From positions 13,309,549 through 13,373,548 of the forward strand of contig NC_057718.1 of the NCBI RefSeq assembly GCF_004010195.1: a stretch of DNA of 64,000 bases, in the 5' to 3' direction. Positions 37,591 to 51,927 of this stretch are shown piece by piece. The notes beneath the pieces were generated by a model. It was not told where the DNA came from. It saw only the letters and a list, made by a program, of their open reading frames with translations, and did not search any database. This DNA comes from Chiloscyllium plagiosum. Its lineage: Eukaryota. How positions within the stretch are numbered: the first letter of the stretch is position 1; each line of letters starts with the position of its first letter. A program made the translations under genes and the position numbers.

Positions 37591-37837
37591 TCATCTATTG
37601 TTCCCTAAAATGTATCCTCACTATTCACCTCAACTAGTTCCACTTGCTAACCAGACTCTGGGTAAAGAATTTCACCGCCATGTGCACTTTAGCTTTGACA
37701 CAAATGGAAGCATTTTTCCACATCTACCCTATCAACATTGTGATTTTAAAGATTTCTAGTAGGTCACTGTTCAACCATTTCTTTTTTTCCTGTAGTATAT
37801 TTCTGATGGATACAAATGTTTAGTTCTTGCACTATCA

Positions 37838-38155
37838 TAGAATCTCTACAGTGTGGAAGCAGGCTATTCAGCCCATCAAGAACCTTCTGAAGAGCATCCC
37901 ATCCAGACCTACCTGTAACTCTACATTTCCCATGGCTGACTCATCTAATCTACACATTCGTGGACACTACGGGCAATTTAGTGTGGCCAATCCAACCTAA
38001 TCAGCGCTGTGGGGGAAAACCAGAGCACCTGGAGGAAATCCACAAAGGTACAAGGAGAATGTGCAAGCCCCACCCAGGCGGGCGCCTGAGGGTAGACTCG
38101 AACCCAGGTCCCTGGTGCTGTGAGGCAGCAGTGCTAACCACTGAGTCATTGTGCC
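37838..38155 (-). mobile_element. HE1-type SINE
   Basis: gaggcagcagtgctaaccactgag head on the minus strand, plus the conserved body. Confidence 0.85.
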
Positions 38156-39299
38156 CTGTAAATCTTTCTTCTCAAACATAAAAAAATGCCAGAAAACTCA
38201 GCAGGTCTGGCAGTATCTGAGGAGAGAAAAACAGAATTGATGTTTCAAGTCCAATAAGACTTGTTCTTCAGCACTGAAAGTTTTGAAAAATAGTTTTTTA
38301 AAATACTTTTGACAGAGGTAGAGGAGTAATAGGGTAGACGGTGTAAAGGCCCAGAATTGATGACAAAGAGATTCTTAATGGTGAAGAAAGAAAAAGAAGA
38401 GATGTAAAATGGGCATAAATCTTTCTCGTACCTTGTCCAGTGTTTCTATTCTTGAATTCCAAATGAGGTCTCATCATGTTCTATATAAGTTCAATACAAC
38501 TTCTCTGCCTTTCAATTCTATTCATCTGGAAGGAAAATTCCATCCTGACTAATTTCTGCCCACAACTCCCTTTGCTTGCTTTTGTTCAGTATTCTTCAAT
38601 ACCTGACAATTTACTGACATTACCTTTGACTTTTTCACTTGATCCCCATTGTTAAAAGCATTTTGGCAGAGAGTTTCAAATTTTCCACTGCAGTTCTGTG
38701 TGAAGCAGTGCTCCTTGCTGTCACTCCTGAATGGACCGCCTCTAATCCTACTGTAATTTCTTATTCTGGACTTCCCCCCCATCCTCCCACCCCAATCAGA
38801 GGAGTTACTGTGTTTCTTATCAACTTGAATAAATCCTTTAATCATCTTAAAACAACTCTTTACCTTCAAATGAGCCCATCTTCTCGATTTAAACCATTTA
38901 ACTGCTCCATCATGTTCTGCTGCCATCCTTCCAAACTCCTTCCTGAGGGCTTGTACTCAGATCTCCATTAAGGACTAACCTGGACTTTATACGATGACTT
39001 TAAGTTCGGACCTGAAGGTTAGAGGCTCCATTTTAAACAATAAGTTCTGAAGCTTTGATATCCTTAACCTGTGTAGAATGATAACCCTGACAGACACCAA
39101 TAACAACTTGAAGTCATGTAGCACCTTTAGCGCAGTGAAACGTTCCAAGGTCACAGCAGTCATAATCAGACGACATTTTACACAGAGCCATTAGAATAGG
39201 TGACCAAATGACTCGGTAACAGAGGCAGGTTTTAAATAGCATCTTAAAGGGGAACTGGAGCCTCCTGAGAGTCAGTGTCACCTTTAAAGATCAACATAG

Positions 39300-41440
39300 T
39301 CACCTATGTGGGGAACACAGGAGATGGGTAAAATGTAAAACACATATTTCGTGTCAGTACTTACTGTGGAGTGGATATGGAAGCTAGAGTACTTGGGGAA
39401 ATAAATAGTGATATCTTGAAAATTGTCCATATTACAGAGGAGAGGTGTTAGACATCTTAAAATGCATAAAGGTGGATAATCTCCACAACCTGATCAGGTA
39501 TATCCCAGATCTTTGTAGGAAGCTAGGAAAGTGATTGCTGGGCCCTTGCTGAGATATTCATTATCATCGATAGCTACAGGTGAGGTGCCAGAAGATTGGA
39601 GGTTGGCGAATCTGGTGCCATCATTTAAGAAAGGTGGTAAGAAAATGGCAGGTAACTGCAGACCATTGAGCTTTATGTCAGTAGTGGATAAGTTGTTGGA
39701 GAGGCTTCTGAAGGACAGCATTTGGAAAATCAAGGTCTGATTGGGGAGAGTCGACATGGCTTTGTGTATGGGAAATATGTCTAACTTGATTGAGTTTTTT
39801 TTAAAGAAGTGACAAAGAAGATTGAAGAAGGCAGAATGGTAGACGGTATTTATATGGAACTCACTGAGATGTTAGACAAGGTTCCACATGGTAGACTCGT
39901 TAGCAAGGCTTGATCACATGGAATCGGGGAGCTAGCCATTTGGATACAGAACTAGCTTGAAAGTAGGAGACAGAGGGTGGTGAGGGTGGAGGGTTGTTTA
40001 TTGGACTGCAGGTCTGTGATCAGTGATGTGTCACAAGGATAGGTGCTGGGTCCACTGCTTTTCTTCATTTATAGAAATGATTTGGGTGTGAATATAGGAG
40101 GTATGGTTAGTAAGTTTGCAGATGTCACTGTAATTGGTGGTGTAGTGGATAGTGAAGAAGATTATTTAAAAATACAAAAGGATCCTGATCAGATGGGCCG
40201 AGAGTGACAGATGGAGTTTAATTTAAATAAATGTGAGGTGATGCATTTTGGAAAGGCAAATCAGGGCAGCACTTATACAGTTAATGGTCAGGCCCTGGGG
40301 AGAGTTGCTGAACAGAGGGGACTAGGGGTGTAGGTGCATTGTTCCTTGAAAGGGGAGTCACAGGTAGACAGGGTAGTGAAAAGGTTGTTTTGCATACTTG
40401 CCTTCACTAATCAGTACACTGAGTACAGTAAAGGAGTTGGGAGGTCATGTTGCGGTTGTACAGGACATTGGTGAGGCCACTTTTAGAATATTGTGTTCAG
40501 TTCTGGTCTCCCTGCTGTAGGAAAGATGTTAAACTTGAAAGGGTTCAGAAACGATTTACAAGGATGTTGCTGGAATTGGAGTGATCATACAAAGATAGAG
40601 GAGGAGACAGGTGGTGAGGAAGACACAAAGAGTCTGCAGAGGGTTATAGACAGATTAAATGAGTGGGCAAAAACTTGGTAGAATATAAGGTGGGAAAATG
40701 TGAGGTATGCACTTTAGAAGGAAGAATATAGGAATTGAATATTATTTCATTAACAGTAGAAAGGCATAGAACCGGTGGATTTGGGAGTTCACTTCCATAT
40801 ATTAGAAAAAGCCAGCATACAAGTTCAGCAGGGAGAAAGGGGGAGCAAATAGAGTATCACCTTTTATTTCAAAGGGAATGGAGCATTAAAAAAACAGGAA
40901 AAGTCACACCACAGCTGGAATACTGTGAACAGTTTGGTCCCTCTATCTAAGGAGAGATAAGCAGTTATTAGAGATAGCTCAAGGAATGTTCATTTGGCTG
41001 TTACCAGGAATGGAGGAACAGTCTTATTAGACCATGTCGCGTAGATTGAGCCCGTATTTATTGGAATTTAAAGGAATGAGAGATAACCTTATTGAAACGT
41101 AACGATTCATCAGGGATTTGACAGGGTAGATGTAGAAAAGTTGTTTCCCTTTGTGGGAGAATTTAGGACCAGATGACATCATCTCAAAATAAGGGGTCAC
41201 CCATTCAAGACAGAGATGAGGAGGAATTTCTTCTCAGAGAGAATTGACTCTGTGGAATTCTTTACCACACAGGGCTGTTGAGGCTGGGTCATTAAGTATA
41301 TTTAAGGCTGAAAGAGACAGATTTTTAATCAGTAAGAGATTCGAGGGTTATGGGGAAAAAGCAGGAAAGCAGAGTTGAGGATCATCATTGAATAATAAAC
41401 CAGACTCAACAGGCTGAATGACCTACTTCTCCTCCTACAG
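39300..41440 (+). mobile_element. Two consecutive degenerate CR1 LINE fragments (junction ~40580)
   Basis: GEVPEDWRLANLVPSFKKG (ORF 39531), a KFAD-like motif at ~40110, and a CR1 3' tail at ~41410. Confidence 0.85.
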
Positions 41441-43059
41441 CATACAATTTTATAAGTTATTGTTAATAGTACAATATAGAAAAAACATTGGGCGAAATCT
41501 TGGCATAATTTGGTAAAGTGTCATATTGGTTAGGCTTCATGGATAGATTCTCTTCATAATGCCAATTGAGTTTTCTCACACTATCTTACCAAGTTGCCTC
41601 ATTAAGCAGTTCCTATGCCCGGACGGTGCGGTGCAGAGGAGTGAAGTCCTCTACCCCCAAGACCTGTAGTACAGGCCATGACACCAGAGTAGACCAGCCC
41701 AATCTCTGTTCCTGCAGCATAACTGCCACCATCTCTTTGCCATCTCTCTCTTTCTCTCTGCTACTATACCCAACCCCCATCAAGACTCACAGTCTACTAC
41801 TCTCACTAATTCATATTGCGTTTTTACACACACAGACACACATTCACACAGAACACCTCACCACCTTTCCCCCATTCTACATAAAGAGCTGGGCCAACCA
41901 CTTCCATCTCCTTCAGTACTTCCCTTTCAGTTAGTATAGGAGGAAACAGCCCACATCAGGAAAAGAAGCACCAGGCTGGGTCATAGGCTTTTGTCTTATG
42001 AGGGGAGAGACTGATAGACTGAGTACAAGCTGATTTTGGACACCCCCCCACCAAACGTGTTATGCTCCCCCTGAAAGCTCTCTCCCTCCCTTGATGTGAT
42101 TGAGCTTTGCTGAGAACAATGATGAGCTGCCCGGTGCAGTATCCGTGCTAAAACACAAAACAATAAAGAAGTCCCTGTGAGATCGCTAGCTCTGGCTGAG
42201 GGGGCAAAGTGAAAAAGTGGTGAGGCCGGGAGGCTCAAAGTGAGTGACTGCTGAGAGAGCAAGCGAGCAGCCCTGAGCTACAGCCTAGCCCAGTCTGTGA
42301 GCTGGGTACCTGTCCCTATGTGACATTCCAATTAGAGGTGCTGAGATACAGCATTGAAGTATAGAAGCATATTGGAAATGGATCATTGATGTGCCATGAT
42401 GATATGGGCAGGCTGTTACAGGTTGAATATCAGTGTCTATGGTATGTGCCCTGAGATGATGGTGCTAGGTGACCATGATGGCAGCCCAGAGGAGCAAGTG
42501 GCCAAGTAGTGGCTCAGCCTTTCCTACTGGGTATTGTCGACAGAGAGTTTCCTCACAGCAGGTGGTAGCTTAGGAAGCTGCATATTAATAAGGATGACAG
42601 CAAGCAATTATGCCCCTCAATAGGCACCTCGTTGCTTACTAGCGAGAATATCATCTCGACATTTGCCAGTGAGAGGCTTGTCTCTGTGCTGGCTAGTGAG
42701 TCTTAACTAAACACCAGCTAGTGAGAATCACATCTATATGCCAATTAGTGAATATCTCATCTCTACGTTTGCTGGCAAGAATCTCGTCCCTAGTGAGAAA
42801 CTTATCTTTATGCCTGGTATCTTGTTAGGAAATGCAACTGGTTGCTCTCGAGAGCGAGAAAGACCTTGCCCAACGTTTTGCACAATTCTCCCAGATTTCT
42901 CATCATCGCCCATCTCATTCATCCCAAAAGATTGCTTCACTAACTCCTGTTGGTTAAATGACAGGTGACACTGCACTGCACAGCCACCCGAATGGGGAAA
43001 TATACTTAAGCCATGAAAGATAATCAGAGAGAGCAGGCACACAAGTCCTCAGCATATAC

Positions 43060-44173
43060 TGTTCTTGTTCATAGCAAAACGATTCCAATTTTGTTGAATA
43101 ATCTGCTACATGAGATTATTCAGACACAGCAACAGGGCAGCAAACATTTAATGTTTTAGGATTATACTACACCAATACACTGTAATGTTACATGACACCA
43201 GTATTGATAAAGATAGACAGTGTGAAGGAATTAGTGGAAAGCTCTTCCATTGTCACTGACAACTTGCATTTGTGCAGTGTCTCTAACATAGTAAGCTGGT
43301 CAGGCAGCATCCAAGGAGCAAGAAAATCGATGTTTTGGACAGGAGCCCTTAATCAGGAATGAGGCTGGGAGCCTCTGGGGTGGACAGATAAATGGGAGGG
43401 GGGTGGGTTTTGGAGAAGGTAGCTAAGAGTGCAGTAGGTGGATGGAGGTGGGGATAAAGGTGATAGGTCAGAGAGGAGGGTGGAGCGGGTAGGTGGGAAG
43501 GAAGATTGGCAGATGGGACAAGTCATGAGGATGGTGCTGAGCTGGAAGGTTGGAACTGGTTAGCTACCTTCTCCCCAGCCCTATCCCCCTCCCATTTATC
43601 TGTCCACCCCAGAGGCTCCCAGCCTCATTCCTGATTTAGGGCTCCTGTCCAAAACATCGATTTTCTTGCTCCTTGGATGCTGCCTGACCAGCTGTGCTTT
43701 TCCAGCACCACTCTAATGTTTTGTACACCCTTATATCCTCTATATGACCATTGTTAGATGGGTCTTCAACTGTCTGAGCTATAACCTCTAGGATTCCCGC
43801 TCTAAACCTCCCTGCATAAGTGCATCTCTCATTCCTTAAACCCATTTCTTTGACCAAGTTTTCACAATCTATCTCTTTATGTGGCTGGTGGCCAATTTCA
43901 GTTTCTCAATGCTCCCTTGAGGCATCTTGAGGTCACGTTTATTATGTTAGAGACACTGCACAAATGCAAGTTGTCAGTGACAGTGGAAGAGCTTTCCACT
44001 AATTCCTTCACACTGTCTATCTTTGTCAATACTGGTGTCATGTAACATTACAGTGTATTGGTGTAGTATAATCCTAAAACATTAAATGTTTGCTGCCCTG
44101 TTGCTGTGTCTGAATAATCTCATGTAGCAGATTATTCAACAAAATTGGAATCGTTTTGCTATGAACAAGAACA
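43060..44173. repeat. 231-bp near-perfect inverted duplication (43060-43290 / 43943-44173) enclosing a fold-back PLE (~43295-43715)
   Basis: Direct reverse-complement match with about two substitutions. A further PLE piece starts at ~44176. Confidence 0.92.
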
Positions 44174-44774
44174 AGGTAAAAACAATGACTGCAGATGCTG
44201 GAAACCAGATTCTGGATTAGTGGTGCTGGAAGAGCACCTCATTCCTGATGAATGGCTCCTGCCTGAAACATCGATTTTCCTGCTCCTCGGATACTGCCTA
44301 ACCTGCTGTGCTTTTCTAGCACAACTTTCATCTTGACTCTGGTCTCCAGCATCTGCAGTCCTCACTTTCACCTACGTGCAAAACATTGAAAGTCCTTCGT
44401 GCTAATATGACTTCAAATGCTTCCTAAGTAGATGTTCCATAATTATTTAAAATTGCTTCAGTTCAGTTCTCAAGACCAGCTTTAAGAGCAGAAAATAACT
44501 TGCTAAGACATTAATGCATTGACCAACTAGCTACTCAATGGCTTTACCACTTTGTCCAATGGAGGAAGCTAAGGTTGGGATTCAGTAACAAAGCAGATAT
44601 ACAGAGAATAGATCTGAAAATTCTGAAGCTGTTCTTGTTATTACAAAACCATTTTTGTTTCCCCTCTCTCTTCATTATTCCAGGGGAATACACGAAAGTG
44701 TTTGTCACTGCAGTCAGTTGTAGAAGGTATTGCATTACCATCCATTCCCCCAACCACCTCTTTTTGCCTTAAGC

Positions 44775-45130
44775 ATAGAATCCCTACAATGTGGGAGCAG
44801 GCCATTCGGCCCATCAAGTCCACACCGATCCTCCCACCCAGTCCCACCCTCTTATCCTATTCCTGTAACATGCATTTCCCAAGGCTAATCCACCTAACCC
44901 ACACATCCCTGGACATACGGGCAATTTAACATGGCCAATCTATCTAATTTACCATGGCCAATCCACCTAACATCTTTGGACAGTTGGAGGAAACTGGAGC
45001 ACCCAGAGGAAACCCACAGAGCGGGACACGGGGAAAATGTGCAAACTCCACACAGACACCAGAGCCTGGAATCAAATGTGTGTCCCAGGCACTGTGAGGC
45101 AGCAGTGCTAACCACTGAGCCACCATGCCA
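44775..45130 (-). mobile_element. HE1-type SINE
   Basis: Full head ggcatggtggctcagtggttagcactgctgcctcacag on the minus strand. Confidence 0.87.
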
Positions 45131-46584
45131 CCCCAATCCTCTAAGCCAATTCACCCAGTTCTAAATATCTATTACAGATTTCATTACATTAAAAAAAATC
45201 ATTCGTGAAAACCCATTCAATCCATTTTAAATCTATCCATGTAATTAATCCCTTAATGTGTACTCATAGTAGCCCCCACTATCAAAAGCAACTAATCCTT
45301 CAATAACTTCTTTGGACTATCAAACAAACTTTGAACTTAAAACCCTAAAGTGTGGGAATGAAGGTTCTCAAGCAGTAATCACAAAGGGCATGTAAACAAA
45401 AGCTATTAAAACTAAGAGCACAGTTTTTGAACAGCGAGTAAAACTGATAGCACAGATTTTACTGAACTCATAGATACAAACAGGCATTTTTTATTTTATA
45501 TTCTAAACAGAAAGCTCTTTAAATAACTTGACAGCCTGACAACTCTACAGACCTTACCTGTCCTTCAAAAGCATTTAAATCTATTCTGAGAATTTGCAAT
45601 TAATGCTGGATAATATCCATTCGACAGTGAAAATGAGCTGTGTTTGAAGTCAGCACTCAATTCACAAAGCCCTGCAGAGTTCAGGCTTCCATTATATGTC
45701 ATGAGCAACTAGCTGCCCCTTTAACACCACCTACCCACCCACCCCCTGGCAAAAGCAGGGTATGTTGCAAATAGGACATCTGAACCCCAAGTCTCACCTG
45801 TCATTGTTAAAGGCCTCAAGAGACACCATGATTCTGTGGAAATCTAGCCTTAGCATTTAGTTGGTGTTTAGTGAGGGACGTTCACAGTTTGACACAGAGG
45901 GGTGTTCCCCTTAAAGCAGGCCATGTACACTTGCACACAGAAGCAAATCCATATTGAAACCAAATACACACAGGGCCCATGCTGAAACTGTATTTATAAA
46001 CAGACCTATAGTGAGTCTGTATACAGACTCACATTGAAATGCTGTACACAAACAGATCTGTGTGACTCAATCTGAATCACACACGAACTGAGCCATAAAG
46101 GAATTGTGTAAATAAACTGAGCCATTCAGTGAGTGTGTACGCACATTATGTACTTAACTAAATATACACTGGGAGGCCCATTTAACCTGAAGGCATAACA
46201 GGAGCATTCTGCAAATGTGCAATGGTTTGTTTTGTGTCGTCAGAAAGCTTTTATATTTAAAATTAAATTGTCATATCTGGTTTTTGGAATGGACACAGGG
46301 AACTCAAACTAATGGAAAGTCCTCAGTGCCATATTTGCATATTCTGTTTGTCCAGGAACACATATCTGCCAGCAGCTCTTTACACAGTGTCAGGGCTGCA
46401 GTGCTGCACAAGTGTAAATACTGCAGCTGTGATAAATAGATTGGAGTAACACCAATTAATACCAGGACTAAGGTTACCATGTAGATCAGACATCTACTGT
46501 CCACACATCCCTCTGTGCCAAACCTAGCTCCCCAACCAGATGGACTTACTCCAAACCCATGCCCTTGCTTTCTTGACATTTTCC

Positions 46585-47335
46585 AATTAATGGTAAGGTC
46601 CTAGGGAGTGTAGCTGAACAAAGAGACCTTGGAGTGCAGGTTCATAGCTCCTTGAAAGTGGAGTCGCAGTTAGATAGGATAGTGAAGAAGGCATTTGGTA
46701 TGCTTTCCTTTATTAGTCAGAGTATTGAGTACAGGAGTTGGGAGGTCATGTTGCGGCTGTACAGGACATTGGTTAGGCCATTGTTGGAATATTGCATGCA
46801 ATTCTGGTCTCCTTCCTATCGGAAAAATGTTGTGAAAGTTGAAAGGGTTCAGAAAAGATTTACAAGTATGTTGCTAGGGTTGGAGGATTTGAGCTATAGG
46901 GAGAGGTTGAATGTGCTAGGGCTGTTTTCCCTGGACCGTCAGAGGCTGAGGGGTGACCTTACAGAAGTTTATAAAATTATGAGGGGCATGGATAGGTTAA
47001 GTAGGCAAAGTCTTTTCCCTGGGGTCAGGGAGTCCAAAACTAGAGGGCATAGGTTTAGGGTGAGAGGGGAAAGATATAAAAGAGACCTAAGGGGCAACCT
47101 TTTCACACAGAGGGTGGTGCGTGTATGGAATGAGCTGCCAGAGGATGTGGTGGAGGCTGGTTCAATTGCAACATTTAAGAGACATTTGGATGGGTATCTG
47201 AATAGGAAGGGTTTGGAGGGATATGGGCCGGGTGTTGGCAGATGGGACTAGATTGGGTTGGGATATCTGGTCGGCATGGACGGGTTGGACCGAGGGGTCT
47301 GTTTCCATGCTGGATATCTCTATGACTCTATGACT
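46585..47335 (+). mobile_element. Young CR1 LINE 3' fragment with an uninterrupted 205-aa ORF2 C-terminus
   Basis: ORF 46634..47251 ([19 protein letters not shown]...FTQRVVRVWNELP); (ctatga)-type tail. Confidence 0.92.
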
Positions 47336-48089
47336 GTAATTGTTCACACGTGAAAAAACATACTGTTTTCTTATTTCAAGAACATCTCGACCTCCTTGGC
47401 GAAGCTATTCTCTCTAGCCCACCTCTCATAGATTGATGAGATGTGCAGGCTAGGTGGATTGGCCAACCTAAATTGCCCACAGAGTTCAGGAATGTGTAGG
47501 TTAGTCGGGGGAAATGTAGAGTAATTAAGTATGGAATGGATCTGGGTGGAATACTGTTTGGAGAGTTGGTATGGGCTTGTTGGGCCAAATGGCCTGTTTC
47601 CAAACTGTGGAGATTCTATGAAAAGCAACAGTAGGCCATTCTGCCCCTCAATCCTATTTCCCTCTTTTCAATTAAATCATAGCTGATCTGATTGTGGCCT
47701 CAGCTCGACTTTCCAGCCTGCTTTCCCATAAATCTGGAATTCTTCATCAATTTAACTCAGTAGTTGGACATCCTGAGGATGCTGCTGAGGCACAGGCAAC
47801 TGTTTCCTTACCACAGATTAGAAGTTCTCCCTTCAATCTGACTGTACATTTGTTCTATTCTATCCACAACAGAACTCAGACACTGCTGCTGTGCCTCTTG
47901 CTACTCTGCAAGGCAAAGAAACTCTTGAATTTATTTATAACCTTTCACAACTTCAAAGTGTCCCAAAGTTGTTAGAGCAATTGAAGTACTTTTCAGAATG
48001 TGTTCTGTTTTGGAAATATCACAGCCTTCTGTAGGTATTTAATTAGAGGAAGAAGGAGTGCAGCCGATCTGGGATTGTGAAGGGTATTT

Positions 48090-50060
48090 TTGAATGGTAA
48101 TGTGTATGGCTGAGGTACAAAATGAGTACATAGCATCTGTCCTTACCACGGAAGAAGACACTGTCAATGTTGTAGTGAAAGTGGTGGTAATTGAGACATT
48201 TAGTGGAACAAAATTTGATAAAGAAGTGTTATGAGAAAGGCAAGCTGTACTTAATTTAGAAATCACTGTGACCAGATCAGATGCATCGTAGGATACTGAG
48301 GGAAGTGAGGGAGAAAATTACAAAGACACAGGCTATAATCTTCCAATCCTCCTTCGATATCTGTTAATGCCAGAGGACTGGAGAATAATAAATGTTATAC
48401 CTGTGGATCAACCCTGAAACTACGGGCTGGTTAGTTTCACCTCAGTGGTGAGTATCACTCCAGATGGAATTCAATCACTTGCACAAATGTGAATTAATTA
48501 AGAGGTCAGCCCAGATTTGATACAAGACAAATCATGTTTAACTAATTTCAGTTTTTTTTTGATGAGGTAAGATTCACAAGGATGTTACCAGAGCTAGATG
48601 TTTTGAGTTATAGGGTGAGACTGGATAGGCTGGGACTTCTTTACCTGGAGTGTAGCAGGTTGACTTTATAGAGGTTTATAAAATCATGAGACGTGTAGAT
48701 AAGGTGAATAGCAAAGGTCTTTTCACCAGGTCAAGAGAGTCCAAAGCTAGAGGGCATAGGTTTAAAGTAAGAGGAGAAATATTTAAAAGGGATCCAAGGG
48801 GCAATCTTTTCACCCAGACAGGGGGATATATTTTAAGGTGAGAGGAGAAAGATTTAAAAGGGACCTGAGGGGCAACTTTTTCACACAGAGGGTGATTCGT
48901 ATATGGAATGAACTGCCAGAGGAAGTGGTAGATGCAGGTACAGTTACATCATTTAAAATACATTTGGACAGGTAAGTTAATAGGAAAAGTTCAAGTGATA
49001 TGGGCCAAATGTAGGCAAATGGGACTAGTTTAGTTTGGGAAACATGCTCAGCATGGATGAGTTGGACTGTTTTCAAGCTCTATGAGTCTATAAGGTAACA
49101 GAGAGGATTCATGAAGGAAATACTGTTGATCTACCTCTAAAGGTGTTTGCTAATATGCCAAATAACATGCTTTCCCAGAAGGATTAGAACTGACAAGTCT
49201 CCAGATCCTGACGGCCTACATTCTGGGTTCTACAGAAAGTTGCATTGGGTTTAAAGTAGTGAATGTAATTACTTTTATTCAAAAAGTAGAGAGACAGAAA
49301 GCAGGAATCTACAGTCAAGTTAGCTTAACATCATTGACAAAATATTTAAAACTATTACTGACCATGTTATAGAAAACACTTAGAAACCTTCAAGAATTGG
49401 GCAGTGTCAACACGGTTTTATGAAAGAGAAACCATTGTTAACCAATTTATTGGAGATATTTGAAGATGTAACATGTTATGGATAAAGGAGAATCAGTGGA
49501 TGTACTGTAATTAGATTTCCAGTTGGAATTCGGTAAAGTTTCATCAAAGGGCTTTGAGGAAAATAAACACCCCCAGTAAAAGAGGTAGAAATTTGGCTTG
49601 GATAGAAGATTGGCTAACTGACAGGAAACTAAAGCATAAATGGGTCACTTTCTGGTTGGCAAAATGTAATAACTGGTATGCCACAGTGGTCACTTTTGAG
49701 GCCTCAACTTTTCACAATTTATAGAAATGATTCACTGAAGGGACTGAAGGTATGATTGCTTACATTGCTGATGACATAGAGATCAGTCAGAAGGCAAGTT
49801 GTGAAGAGTACATAATGAGGCTCCAAAGAAATACAAATAGGTCAAGTGAGTGGGCAAACAACTGGTAAATAGAGTATAATGTGGGGATATGTGGAGCAAT
49901 TCAATTTGAAATTAAGAGATCGTCCATTTAAGAGATCGTCCATTTAAGAGATAGATTTTGCAAACATTTTCCTCAGAGTTATGAGACTTCACAATTCAAA
50001 ATGCAGTGAAACCAGAGTCTTTGAATATTTTTAAGACAGAAGTAGAGAGATTCGTGGTCA
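48090..50060 (+). mobile_element. Cluster of nested, highly degenerate CR1 fragments
   Basis: Recognisable RT-region remnants, plus a younger 3' end at ~48570-49090. Confidence 0.7.
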
Positions 50061-50177
50061 GCAAGGTTAATGGGGGTGGGTGGGAGTGTTAGACAGGCTG
50101 TAAGATGTATTGTATATCAGATTCATTATCAGCCTCTAAACCCTCTCAACATGCCTGATGGCAGAGAAGAGTGGGAT

Positions 50178-50776
50178 TGTTGTGACAATGCTACCCGTTT
50201 AGCAAGGTTTGTTGACCTTGGTTTTTTTTACAAGAGGGGTTGTAAAGTCAGTGGTACTGAAATGGCTAACAGACACTACCTATGTCAACAATCAGAGGAG
50301 GCCTTTAGGTTTTTTTTAAAAACAGTTGTACAATGAAAGAGGAGTGGCCATTTCTCCCTTTTCAGGTTATTTCTAGATTGGTTTTGTTTTTAGCAGGGCA
50401 TCAGAGCAACTGGTAGCAGAGAAGCAACTACAGTGAAAAGAGGTTCCAAGCTTCAACAGAGGTCTTGCCTGAACTTTCTCTCTGAATTCTCTCCTGCCTG
50501 TAAGAACCCATTTTTGAATTTACCATTTGACCAGGGGTGTGCTTATGGGATGTTGCAGAAATTGGAACAGCTTCATTAAGTTGCGACTTTGAGACGGTTG
50601 AGTTTTCAAATAGGTAAGTTATTCTAAATTCTGTTTACTTTTGTTTGTGTTTCAACCATAGTGTGTAAATAAAGTGAGTATTGCTGCATCACTCCTGGAA
50701 TATCTACCTTTTGAAAAATAAAAGTTAGGGTCTCGGCTACCTTCTTAAATTATTTTGAGGGGATCTGGTCCATAAC
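50178..50776 (+). mobile_element. Possible solo LTR
   Basis: TG(T)...ACA termini (tgtgac...cataaca) and internal AATAAA; no convincing TSD. Confidence 0.35.
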
Positions 50777-51927
50777 AGTATCTCGTCGACCATCCTGGAA
50801 GAGACAAACCATTGTAATAATTTGTCCATAAGCACAGACCAATCCAATGGAAGTCTATAGCCAAGACCTTGGAATTGAGGATCGGAGAAAAGAGAGATGG
50901 TGAGTCCACTTCACAGAAACAGACCATTTGACCCACCTGTATATGCTGACATTTATACTGTGTATGAGCCTCCCACACCTTATTTTACCTCACTTGGTCA
51001 ACATATATCGATGCCAAATACTAAATGACAGATCCTGTCATTCACAGAAACATCTCCCTCCAAAATCTAAACAATGTCATGTTGACATGCCATTTATAGT
51101 TTTTGATAGTGATGGGCTGTGGGGTTGAAAGGGAGAGATGTGGTGAGGAGGTCAGCATAACAGTGAAGCCTGCACAATCTTCACTGATCTTTGTACATCT
51201 ACATTTTCCAGCAGGTGTCACTGGGTAACAGTCAGTTAAAGTGTCTACCTAAGGACACACTGAATCCTAACAGCACCACTTTAATGTGAGAATCTATTCT
51301 TGCACCTTCCTGCTAGATATCTGATTACCAGTCATAATGTTCCACATTGTAAACTGAGAAGGAGTCAATCTGCTGGTCTTTTCTAATATTATACCTAACC
51401 TACATAAATCCTATACCTCCCTTTCGAAGGACAATCTCATCAATGGTAATATCCTCCTCCAGCCTGAGATAAAAAAGAATCCTGTGGAAAATACAAACCC
51501 ACCAAGAAAAAAAATCCTAATATGTATATCACAGTAAACATTGTCAATATGCTATATATATGCTAATCACTATCTTGAATGTACATTGATTAATAAACAT
51601 TGATCATATGTATATTAATCATTAGGCATATATATATAGTATAGATTAATTGCATACGCATATATCATTTATTAGATATGTATAAAATTATTTATGTTCA
51701 TGGTATATTGAACATATAGATTAATTACAGAAATATTGGGACACAAGAGGGAAAAAATCTAGTGAGTAGTTTCATGAGAATGCACTTCCTGAAAGTGCGG
51801 TTAGAACTGGTTGAATCGGTGCACTCAATAGGAAATTGAATAATTTTCTGAAGAGAAAGAATTTGCAGGCGAAATTTGTAACGAAAGGGCAGGGACAGTG
51901 AGACTGCCTAGTTCACTTTTGCAGAGG

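Noticed and set aside
41490..42905. Non-autonomous DNA transposon
   Set aside because: Only weak terminal inverted similarity and no TSD or transposase remnant that I can support.
46304..46579. Hydrophobic minus-strand ORF (LIYMVTLVLVLIGV...LLAD) as GPCR TM1-TM2
   Set aside because: No N1.50 in frame, charged residues in the would-be TM2, and no clear phase-0 donor.
47812..47905. Minus-strand exon-like segment with good splice signals
   Set aside because: All three frames from the strong acceptor contain stops; it could only be UTR or terminal.
51520..51735. AT-rich TA-repeat-like tract
   Set aside because: Low complexity with no defined unit or structure.
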